Origin: a virus
Length of the DNA: 45,840 nucleotides
Strand: one strand, 5' to 3'
Virus record (IMG/VR): IMGVR_UViG_2545824543_000001
Of the stretch, positions 26,286-34,084 are shown piece after piece (within the stretch, counting starts at the first letter, position 1; every line of letters starts with the position of its first letter). The position numbers were made by a program, and so were the translations under genes. Under the pieces are notes generated by a model. That model did not search any database. It was given only the letters and a program-made list of their open reading frames with translations, and had not been told where the DNA came from.

Positions 26286-26801
26286 TTAAGAAATCGTGCC
26301 GACTGACGACTTGTATTGCCCGTAAGCCTTCGCCCCGCCGCCCAAGATCGTCCCCATAGCGCTCAGATAGCCGCCGCTCGATGCCGAGCTAGCGCTCATA
26401 TTGCTTAGTTGCGCGCCTGCTCGCTTATTCGAAGCGTCGACTTTGTGCTCGTAGGCTTCACGATAGGAGTTTGTGCGGATCGTCAGCGCGTCAAGCTCGC
26501 CCAGCACCGCCGTATCGACCAGCGTATCGAGCGGAGAACCGAATGTCAGATCGACGCCGTTCGCGGCCATAGCCGCAGTCTGAGCGCCCTGTATCCGTGC
26601 GACCTCTTGGCGCTTTTTCTGTTCTTCGATCTGCCCGCGCTCAATCGCGTCTTTCGCCCGCTGATCGGCAATCTTCGCGTTCATGTTCTGCACTTGCGCG
26701 TTGAAGCGCTCGGCCTTCGCTGTCGCTTGCGCCTGCTGAACCTGACCGGCCGCGCCCATGAGCGTTGAGCCGAGCATAAGAGCCATCGTTATGTCGCACA
26801 T
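26286..26801 (-). CDS. Internal virion protein (gp14 position)
   Basis: 171 aa. Hydrophobic N-terminus, coiled-coil middle. SD GAGG lies 7 nt upstream of the ATG at 26801. Confidence 0.6.
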   Translation of the reverse strand: MCDITMALMLGSTLMGAAGQVQQAQATAKAERFNAQVQNMNAKIADQRAKDAIERGQIEEQKKRQEVARIQGAQTAAMAANGVDLTFGSPLDTLVDTAVLGELDALTIRTNSYREAYEHKVDASNKRAGAQLSNMSASSASSGGYLSAMGTILGGGAKAYGQYKSSVGTIS

Positions 26802-27261
26802 CGGTCGACCTCAATTCGAAAATATAAAAGTCGTGGCCGCGATATGTGATCGGCTCAGAAAGCGTAAACCCCAGCCACCGCAGCCAGCGAACCGACACCT
26901 CGTTGCGAACATCGACGAAATTCGTCAGCTTCGAATATCTCTCTAACAGTTGGTTTCTCCATTCACGCGACCGGCGAAGAAACTCCATCTGATGAGAAAG
27001 AACGACATCGGTCCCGAGCAACCAGGGCGCGCCGACCCCGGCAAGAATGTTTAAATCGCCAACGCCGAACATCACCTCTGGACGGCCGTCAATCAGCCAC
27101 GTCCAGGCGACCGACGACTTGCGAAGCGAGAACGCCAGGGCTTGCCCCGGCGTCTTTCCTGATGCCGCGTCGACCTCGAGCCTATCGGCCTCGCGCATCC
27201 GCCGCGCGATGCTGCGAATATGCTCTGGCCGCGCCCGAACGATCTGCGTCCGGGACTTCAT
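26641..27261 (-). CDS. gp13-position internal virion protein (GNAT-like fold suspected)
   Basis: 206-aa ORF. The domain-like part ends near FYIFELRS (about nt 26808). The last ~55 codons run out of frame over the next gene. Confidence 0.55.
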   Translation of the reverse strand: MKSRTQIVRARPEHIRSIARRMREADRLEVDAASGKTPGQALAFSLRKSSVAWTWLIDGRPEVMFGVGDLNILAGVGAPWLLGTDVVLSHQMEFLRRSREWRNQLLERYSKLTNFVDVRNEVSVRWLRWLGFTLSEPITYRGHDFYIFELRSTDVRHNDGSYARLNAHGRGRSGSAGASDSEGRALQRASAEHEREDCRSAGERRD

Positions 27262-29681
27262 TTGCCGACCGTCACGTCAGGCATGATCGCGAGAATTGTC
27301 ATAGGAAGCGGATCGAATTGCTTGACGAACACGCGCCCGTTGTCGTTCCAATCCCACGGCGGCGTTATCTTGATGTCGCCGGTATAGAGCGCGATTGCTT
27401 CGTCCCACGCCTCGGTTGATCGCTGCTTATATTCGACTAAGTGCTCGCTGTTACGATCACCGTCATAAGGCCCGACGAAAATTCCGCGCGTCTTCTCAAC
27501 GCGAAGCGTGACTTCAGAAACAGACTTCTGCCGACCCTGCACTGTGCCAAGCCCAGGCACCTGCCCAAGATCGAGGTTAAGCGTTTCGAGCGTCGCGACC
27601 ATTGGAAGGCCGACGTGAACTTTCTTCGCCGCATTCGGCAGCACCACGCCGACGCCGCCCGTCACGTTGCCGACGACGAGATTGCGCACCACGTTGCCAT
27701 CAGCCAGCGCGACGACAGCCTGCCCCTTCAAGTGATCGAGGCCCGTTATGATCTTCGCGGGCGCGCCTTCGTATGTCAGGCCGCAGTCGACGAAGAAAGC
27801 ATCTTCGATCTTCTTGAACGCGCGCGAATGAAGCCGCTCGATATAGCGCTTCTCCGTGCCGTCAATCGTGCGCTTGACGATGAAATAAGGAACGTCTTCG
27901 ATCCCCTCACGCGCGACAGTCACGTCCTCAAAAATCGCCGCTCCATTCGGGCCGCTTTCGTGGCGCGTCCATGCCCAAACGTCATGTTCTTTTAGATACG
28001 TCAGCGAGCAAAGCTTGCCGTTTTCCAACACGACCCAGACAATCGAATATGGAGCTTGCGCGTAACCCCACGCTTTGATCGTCTGATCTTCAAACAGATG
28101 CCGGGCAAGGATTGTCAGATCTTTGCCGTCGTATCCATTCGACGCGAAGTCGTAACTGAAATCTCGAACGACGCCGCCAGTCGCCTGCGAGAACAGCACA
28201 GTGTTTCCGACGACGACAGGCTGCACGCGAGACGAACCGCGATAACCCTGCGGATCAATTTTAATCGCAGACGGCGTGATCGCGTCCGAGTTAGACCCGC
28301 CGCTTACGACCCACTCAGCCCCCGACGTCAGAAGCATCAAGCCGCCCAGGGCAATCGCGCCGCGGATCTCGTTGACCTGCCGGGAGCGGATGCGGAACGT
28401 AACCGCGTCCGATGCCTTCGCCGGGCTCGAGTAGCCGAAATTCTCGTAATTCGCAGACTGCGATAGGAACCCCGCCTGCGGATCTTTCTTTGTCGAGAAG
28501 AAGCCAAGCCGCTGCTCGATGAATGTCGCAACGCGCGGATAATTGCCAGCACCTACGAACGGATTGCGGCCCGTCTGCGGCCCATCGGCCATGTCAGCGA
28601 CTATGTTATTGTCGGTGAAAAGCGTTGTTTCTGATCGGCCGATGTAGCCGTAAATCCCGTTGCTTTCCTTGTAGATGATATAAGCCGACGCACCCGCGCG
28701 AGCGGTCCACGTCAGCACGTTTTTATTGTTGTTCAATGATAGGTCATTGACCGCCGTTACCGGACTGCTTGGCAGACTTTCCTCGCCGGTATCACCGTCT
28801 ACGGCCGAAATGACATACTTCATTGGCTTGCCGTAAACGACTGTAATTGCAAGGCCGGTCGGAGTAGACGGCGCGCCGCTATCGGCCGCAGCCGGGATTT
28901 GCGGATCGACGCCGTTGATTTGCATCTGTTCAATGGTCGCCTCTGTCGTCGTCACTTCGACCAGAAGCCCTTGGTAATCTCCGTTGACTCGATAGAGCCG
29001 ATAGAGAACCGCGCCAGCGACTGCGTTCCAGGTAAATTTAGTCTGCCGCCCGTCTTCCTTTTCCGTTTGCAATATACGACTGACCGTCGTCGAGCCCGCG
29101 CTTTCCGCGCCGCTCGCATTAACAGCGGTAACTCGGAACGACGCGTTCGTGTTGCTCCCGCTCTTGCGTTGGAAGTGCTCAGATACGGCGAGGCCGGTCG
29201 GCGCTGTGATCTTCGGCGCGAACGTCACCGGCGTAATCGTCCAATTGTCGTCTGCAAGCCGCGCGATCTTCTGCACCGGATAATCCGGATGGCAGAGATA
29301 CATAACGTCAGCATCCTGAATATGATTCAGATCCCAGATGTCGGTATGCGCATAAGGCGTGACGACTTCGTAAGGAGCGCCAGATTTCAGGATCACGCCG
29401 CCGTCGCGAATGACCCTGAAACACTTGTCGCCAAACTCAAGCCGGTAAGTCTGTTCGGTGTTGAACTCGAACGGAATTTTTCGCGCGAACTTGGTGCTGT
29501 TCTTGATCTCGGTGACGAACTCAGTACCGGCCCGGTTCGACGCGCCGCCGTGCGGATGCACGAAGATATTGACCGCTGATCGGAGGCCAGACGAATACTT
29601 AGCCAGATCGACACGCGCGCCGAGCGCGGGCGATAGCTCACCGGCAGTAAATGACGGCTGATAGGCGCGAAGATCAGCCAT
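27258..29681 (-). CDS. Tail tubular protein B-like (gp12 position) with two inserted FN3-like modules
   Basis: 807 aa. N-terminus is YQPSFTAGELSPAL...HPHGGASNRAGTEFV. Call rests on synteny. The duplicated APTGL...W.A..GA..Y..Y modules span aa 157-362. Confidence 0.6.
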   Translation of the reverse strand: MADLRAYQPSFTAGELSPALGARVDLAKYSSGLRSAVNIFVHPHGGASNRAGTEFVTEIKNSTKFARKIPFEFNTEQTYRLEFGDKCFRVIRDGGVILKSGAPYEVVTPYAHTDIWDLNHIQDADVMYLCHPDYPVQKIARLADDNWTITPVTFAPKITAPTGLAVSEHFQRKSGSNTNASFRVTAVNASGAESAGSTTVSRILQTEKEDGRQTKFTWNAVAGAVLYRLYRVNGDYQGLLVEVTTTEATIEQMQINGVDPQIPAAADSGAPSTPTGLAITVVYGKPMKYVISAVDGDTGEESLPSSPVTAVNDLSLNNNKNVLTWTARAGASAYIIYKESNGIYGYIGRSETTLFTDNNIVADMADGPQTGRNPFVGAGNYPRVATFIEQRLGFFSTKKDPQAGFLSQSANYENFGYSSPAKASDAVTFRIRSRQVNEIRGAIALGGLMLLTSGAEWVVSGGSNSDAITPSAIKIDPQGYRGSSRVQPVVVGNTVLFSQATGGVVRDFSYDFASNGYDGKDLTILARHLFEDQTIKAWGYAQAPYSIVWVVLENGKLCSLTYLKEHDVWAWTRHESGPNGAAIFEDVTVAREGIEDVPYFIVKRTIDGTEKRYIERLHSRAFKKIEDAFFVDCGLTYEGAPAKIITGLDHLKGQAVVALADGNVVRNLVVGNVTGGVGVVLPNAAKKVHVGLPMVATLETLNLDLGQVPGLGTVQGRQKSVSEVTLRVEKTRGIFVGPYDGDRNSEHLVEYKQRSTEAWDEAIALYTGDIKITPPWDWNDNGRVFVKQFDPLPMTILAIMPDVTVGK

Positions 29682-30284
29682 TTATCCGCGCTCCGCGACA
29701 AGCTCGCTTTCGTGGTCCGATGTCTCGCGAACCTCGTTTGCGTCGGCCTCTGCCGCCGTCGCCTGCATCGCTTGCGCTAGCTGATAGCAGTCGGCACGTA
29801 TTTTCGGATCTCGTGTCAGCGGCATCGCAATTCGCGTCGCGAGATGCCAGCTAAGCGCATCGATAAACAACGGAGAAAAGCGCGTCGGATCAGCGAGCTT
29901 TACAGTGTACCGGAGAAACGCGGGCGACAGATCGCAATAGATCGTCGTGCCCTCGGCATCGTGAGGATATGCAAGTTCTTCTTGCAGCGTCTTCGGGCCG
30001 GGATCGATAGTCGAATATTCCGGCCGAACCCATCGAACCTTGAGGCAATCGACGGGCCGCTTGTAGGCGTGCGCCCATCGGCCGGGCTTGTCGTTCGCCA
30101 ATTCAGCGAGCGATTCCGTTTTGCCCGCAAACCGCCAGGGATAGACCTGCAAAAGCGTATCTCGCGCGTGCTCGTAGAACTGCTTGCAAGCGCGCGCTTC
30201 AGCGCCCGGCTCGTCTAGGCTCTGAATGTTTTGCTTGCCGATATTCGACAGGGCGAGATTGCAGATCGAAACGACCGAGGCCAT
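29682..30284 (-). CDS. Tail tubular protein A-like (gp11 position)
   Basis: 200 aa. N-terminus is ICNLALSNIGKQNIQSL...LLQVYPWRFA. Size and position match T7-like gp11. Confidence 0.5.
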   Translation of the reverse strand: MASVVSICNLALSNIGKQNIQSLDEPGAEARACKQFYEHARDTLLQVYPWRFAGKTESLAELANDKPGRWAHAYKRPVDCLKVRWVRPEYSTIDPGPKTLQEELAYPHDAEGTTIYCDLSPAFLRYTVKLADPTRFSPLFIDALSWHLATRIAMPLTRDPKIRADCYQLAQAMQATAAEADANEVRETSDHESELVAERG

Positions 30285-30290
30285 GAGCGT

Positions 30291-30587
30291 TTAATTTCCT
30301 TCGTTCGGAAACAGGACGCTTGCGGCGTCCTTGTCCTTTGCTTTCGGCTCCATGCCCGCTTCGATGATTTCGAGGGACATACTGCGGCCGCCCTTGCTTT
30401 CGCTCATGCTTGACACGCGAACGGTTGCCGTCATCGTCATGAGTGTCCCGACGCGCACCGTATCGATGCCCATTGCGTCGATTTGCTTTTCATCGAAATA
30501 GAGCGACGGAAAGTATTCATCGCTCGTAGAGCCTTCCGGCTTGCTGGAAGGTTCGTCGTACTTTTGCCCCAAGCTGACGAGTTTCAT
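30291..30587 (-). CDS. Hypothetical head-module protein ending in VLFPNEGN
   Basis: 98-aa ORF packed with 4-nt overlaps. Its C-terminal motif is shared with the scaffold protein. Confidence 0.6.
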   Translation of the reverse strand: MKLVSLGQKYDEPSSKPEGSTSDEYFPSLYFDEKQIDAMGIDTVRVGTLMTMTATVRVSSMSESKGGRSMSLEIIEAGMEPKAKDKDAASVLFPNEGN

Positions 30588-30889
30588 TCCCCTGCCTCTT
30601 CTTCCTGATCCACCAACGACCCGCTTAGAACCGCCACCGGCAGAACTGGCAAATTGTTGTAGAGTTTGCTGCCGTCATCGATCACGACGACGCCTAAGAC
30701 TTGCTGGTCATTGTGGAGCGCGGCGTCTGCATCGAGCACGTCGACACCAAGCACGCGCTCATTGCCGACGAAAAGAACATCAGCGTCGGCCTCGACAATT
30801 CCAATCACAGGCCGGTTGTTGAATAGAATGGTGCCGCTGGTTACGACCCTGACGCCGAGCACACGTTGCTCATTGAAGATCGAAGCCAT
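30584..30889 (-). CDS. Hypothetical protein built from about five tandem 18-aa repeats (N-x3-VLGV-x-V...)
   Basis: 101 aa. QRVLGVRVV / RPVIGIVEA / ERVLGVDVL / QQVLGVVVI / LPVLPVAVL. The periodicity is also visible in the DNA. Confidence 0.6.
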   Translation of the reverse strand: MASIFNEQRVLGVRVVTSGTILFNNRPVIGIVEADADVLFVGNERVLGVDVLDADAALHNDQQVLGVVVIDDGSKLYNNLPVLPVAVLSGSLVDQEEEAGE

Positions 30890-30909
30890 GCGGCACCTGC
30901 TCTGCTTGG

Positions 30910-30941
30910 TTTATGAGAGAAGAAGGGCGCGAACGCCCTTC
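30910..30941 (-). terminator. Rho-independent terminator after the capsid-proximal genes
   Basis: Minus strand reads GAAGGGCG-TTCG-CGCCCTTC followed by TTCTCTCAT. It lies directly after the stop of 30945-31427. Confidence 0.75.
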
Positions 30942-30944
30942 CGT

Positions 30945-31427
30945 TTAAATGTCGTCGCCAGTCTCGCCGGTAGAGCCCGGCGCGATCCAATCGGGCTGAA
31001 CGCCGCCGATAGCTTCGGCCACGCCGTTGCCCGTCACCGTTACCGGCGCAGGAGCATCAGCGAACGGCCCGCGCTCGCTCTCGCTTGCCTCGACATAGGC
31101 CGCGATAATGCGGTCAGCTTCCGTCGCGTTGGCGACGTTCTCGCCAGTGATCGCTTTCGCAAGCGCTTTGCGATCTGCGGCTTTCCCATCCCGCCAATCG
31201 GCAGGAACGACAACAGGCCCGGCAGGTTTGGACTGATCGGCCGTCACTTCTGCCGGTTTCGATCCGCCCGTTTTGCCGTCGCCATCGTGGTCGCCCTTGC
31301 CGCCGAAAGAATATGGACGCGTCCACTTCGGCGGATTCTTCAGATCGTCCGGAACGTCGAAGATCGACCCCGGCTCTCTGATCTCGCCGCCGAAATAGCC
31401 ACGTACTTTTGCAACGACTTTAGCCAT
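30945..31427 (-). CDS. Hypothetical virion-module protein
   Basis: 160-aa ORF overlapping the cement-protein stop by 8 nt. Gly/Asp/Pro-rich centre. Confidence 0.6.
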   Translation of the reverse strand: MAKVVAKVRGYFGGEIREPGSIFDVPDDLKNPPKWTRPYSFGGKGDHDGDGKTGGSKPAEVTADQSKPAGPVVVPADWRDGKAADRKALAKAITGENVANATEADRIIAAYVEASESERGPFADAPAPVTVTGNGVAEAIGGVQPDWIAPGSTGETGDDI

Positions 31428-31857
31428 TGGACTGGTTCCCCATCGTTACGCCCGCCGTTACCTTGCCCGCCGTCATCGGACCCGTCGCGACTGTGTAGTA
31501 CAGACGCGCATAGCGCTCGTCCGTGCCGCGCGTGATGTATTCCGGAACGACGATGAAGCCCTGCACAAGTTCGGCCTTGCCGATTGCACGGCTCTGCCAA
31601 ACAGTCTTTGCAGACGAGAAACTTTCGTTATCGTCGACTTCGAGAGAAAACTGCAAAGTCGCAGAGCCAGAAGCGGTGAACGCTTCGATCACCTGGATAA
31701 GCAACGGGATCGAGCACCCCTTGCCGATGTCGCGAGCGAGGTTCACGGCAGCGCCGTAGACGCGCCCCGTAGCGCCCAGGTCGATAACATTCGTAGATGC
31801 AGCCGACGCCGTAATTGCCTGCGCATCAGACAAAAGAGACTGATTGTCGAAGATCAT
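31420..31857 (-). CDS. Bbp16-like capsid cement / decoration protein
   Basis: 145 aa. N-terminus is FDNQSLLSDAQAITASAASTNVIDLG and C-terminus is RYARLYYTVATGPMTAGKVTAG, resembling the BPP-1 cement protein family. Lies directly downstream of the capsid gene. Confidence 0.65.
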   Translation of the reverse strand: MIFDNQSLLSDAQAITASAASTNVIDLGATGRVYGAAVNLARDIGKGCSIPLLIQVIEAFTASGSATLQFSLEVDDNESFSSAKTVWQSRAIGKAELVQGFIVVPEYITRGTDERYARLYYTVATGPMTAGKVTAGVTMGNQSNG

Positions 31858-31930
31858 TTTAAAGCCTTTCGTTTCGGCCTATCCGGCCCCCGTTAATGGA
31901 TGGCCCGCCTGTTACAGCGGGCCAGCCGGA

Positions 31931-32944
31931 TTATGCGTATGCCGGAACAAGCGCCTCGGTATTCAGAAGCGCGTCCGTCTCGCGGATCGGAATACCGCGA
32001 TACGTCTTGACTTCCTTGCCTTCGACAACGGCCTGCGACAGACCCGTATAGTTCGCGTTTGCAGCAAGAAGCGCGCGGTCGCTCGACTGAGCGTCAAGGA
32101 TTTCGAGAACGTCGCGGTTCATGTAGATCGCGATCCGGCTCGACTGAGCGTCGCGACGGCGCGACTGCAAGCGGTAGTACCCCTTGCGGAGCAGCGCCCA
32201 CAGATCGACAGTGCCCGCCAGCATTTCGGAAACGTCGATGTTCGCGATACGGGCGTTATAGCGCCAGTCTTTCACGAACATGCCGATATGCCAGTTAAAC
32301 AGCGTCTCCTTGACGTAGTAGGGATTGCCCGCGCTATCGGTAACGCGCTGCTCGCCCTTGTCCTCAATCGAGATGCCCGCCTTCATGCCCTTGGGATAGA
32401 GCAACGAGGTTGCATGATCGCCCCAGGTAACGAACCAGATCGACGTGTTGTCGCTTCCGGAGCCGCCGCCATGGATAACCTGCTCGCCCGCGCCAGGACC
32501 GCCGCGCACGGAGTAACGAGCCGATAGACCCTTGAACTTGTCAGGCGTCGTCGCCGTGTCGTGATAGAACAGACCCGTTGCCATTTCCTGATTCATGGCT
32601 TCGAGATACGGAGCGCTATCGACGAGACGCGCCTTTGCAGGATCGGGCGCAAGCTTGAGCAAGCGCGTATCGATTTGCGAGCCAGCTTCGAGGAAGCCGG
32701 TCGTATCGTCGACCTGCTGCATCGTCGCCTTTGACTGCGGAACGCCTTTGTAAAGACGGCCCCAGCCGACAGTCGGCAAACCTGTGCGGATCATGTGGCG
32801 ATGCTGCGCCTGCATGTTGCACTCGGTCGCGATTGCGTCGTCTAGGATAGAATTTTGCTGATTGAGAATTTCAGCAACCGTTCCCTCAGCGGACCCCTTA
32901 AAGGCGTCGATGAGGTTAGGGAAAGATTTGCCAATAGTAGCCAT
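31931..32944 (-). CDS. Major capsid protein (BPP-1 Bbp17-like)
   Basis: 337 aa. Positioned between the scaffold and cement genes and followed by hairpins. Size and context fit the BPP-1-type capsid. Confidence 0.8.
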   Translation of the reverse strand: MATIGKSFPNLIDAFKGSAEGTVAEILNQQNSILDDAIATECNMQAQHRHMIRTGLPTVGWGRLYKGVPQSKATMQQVDDTTGFLEAGSQIDTRLLKLAPDPAKARLVDSAPYLEAMNQEMATGLFYHDTATTPDKFKGLSARYSVRGGPGAGEQVIHGGGSGSDNTSIWFVTWGDHATSLLYPKGMKAGISIEDKGEQRVTDSAGNPYYVKETLFNWHIGMFVKDWRYNARIANIDVSEMLAGTVDLWALLRKGYYRLQSRRRDAQSSRIAIYMNRDVLEILDAQSSDRALLAANANYTGLSQAVVEGKEVKTYRGIPIRETDALLNTEALVPAYA

Positions 32945-32946
32945 GT

Positions 32947-33747
32947 TTAGCCTTTCGGAGCGTCACTAGGAAACAGGACGTGTGCAGGATCGGCAGGTTT
33001 GCCGGAACCGCCCGCGCCACCACTCGGCGGGGAATCCTCGCGGATCATCGCCCCGGCCTTCGACATGAAACGGATAAGCTCAGGATGGTTGCCGCCTCCA
33101 CTGGCGTTCAAATATTCCTTCAGTGCTGGCGTCCCGAGCTTGTTGACGGCGCGCGTAGCTGACGCGACAGTCGCGTCCCACTTGTCGCCGCCGATTTCCT
33201 TGTCAGCCTTCGCGCTATCGGCCCAGCCTTGGATCGTTTCGCCCCACTGCTTCGCCTCTTGCTCGATCTCTGCGCGCCGCGTTTCGATGTAATCGTTCGT
33301 TAGCTCTTGAGCTTCGCGGTGCGTGTAGCCTTTGGCTTTGAGACGTGGACTGAGCTTGTCGAGCAATGCCTTGTCGACCTCTACGCCGTCCGGCATCGTC
33401 AGGTTATATTTGCCGTCTTCAGGCACCTGATCGAGCGGATCGGCGCTCTTTTTGTCCTTGTCTTCTGCCGGTTTCGTCTTGTCGTGCTCAGCCTTCGCCG
33501 CAGCGCTCTCCGCATCGCTCTTGCTCGGATCTGCGACGTATTCCTTCCAATCGGTCGGCGCTTTATCACCGGCAGGCGTAGCTTCCGCAGGCTTCGCAGG
33601 ATCAACGGGCGCAGCCGGATCGGCAGGCTTCTCGTTGGGGAACAGGATCGTGCCTGGATCGCTCGGAGGCGTATTGCCGCCAGCGCCTTCATCATCAGGC
33701 GCGAAGAAAAACGCGGGAAAGAATACGCTTCTAAGCAATGTCTGCAT
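32947..33747 (-). CDS. Scaffolding protein
   Basis: The ATG at 33747 has GGAG upstream, whereas the ORF-track start at 33774 is TTG. Pro/Ala/Asp/Lys-rich and helical. Sits directly upstream of the capsid gene. Confidence 0.65.
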   Translation of the reverse strand: MQTLLRSVFFPAFFFAPDDEGAGGNTPPSDPGTILFPNEKPADPAAPVDPAKPAEATPAGDKAPTDWKEYVADPSKSDAESAAAKAEHDKTKPAEDKDKKSADPLDQVPEDGKYNLTMPDGVEVDKALLDKLSPRLKAKGYTHREAQELTNDYIETRRAEIEQEAKQWGETIQGWADSAKADKEIGGDKWDATVASATRAVNKLGTPALKEYLNASGGGNHPELIRFMSKAGAMIREDSPPSGGAGGSGKPADPAHVLFPSDAPKG

Positions 33748-34084
33748 CGTCTTCAGGCTCCAATTTCTCAGCAAGCGACTTCGCCGCTGCCTTGTCCGCT
33801 TCCCGAATTTCCTTCATCGCCAGCAGCAATTCGGGATAGAACTGCGGGTCGATCTCATCGAGCTTTGCGATCAGCTTTCGGCCGGCCGATTGCAGCCCGA
33901 GCGCGTAATTCGTCGAATTGTTTTCGCCTGTGTAAGCGTCCGTGTAGATCGCGCACTGTTCGAGCATCCAGAACAGAACGCGCTTGCCACCGGCCAACGC
34001 GAAGACATCGCGAAACGCCTTCGACATCTCCGCGCGTTCGATGATTTGCGCGGGCGAAAGTTGTTCTGTTAAATCCTCGCGCAT
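33731..34084 (-). CDS. Hypothetical head-module protein
   Basis: 117-aa ORF between portal and scaffold. Start abuts the portal stop. Confidence 0.6.
   Translation of the reverse strand: MREDLTEQLSPAQIIERAEMSKAFRDVFALAGGKRVLFWMLEQCAIYTDAYTGENNSTNYALGLQSAGRKLIAKLDEIDPQFYPELLLAMKEIREADKAAAKSLAEKLEPEDDADIA

Noticed and set aside
31858-31930. The hairpin TGGCCCGC/GCGGGCCA (31901-31924) after the capsid gene might be a full terminator.
   Set aside because: No U-run follows it on the minus strand, and the cement gene must still be expressed downstream. At most it is a partial attenuator or stability element, so it is not listed as a feature.
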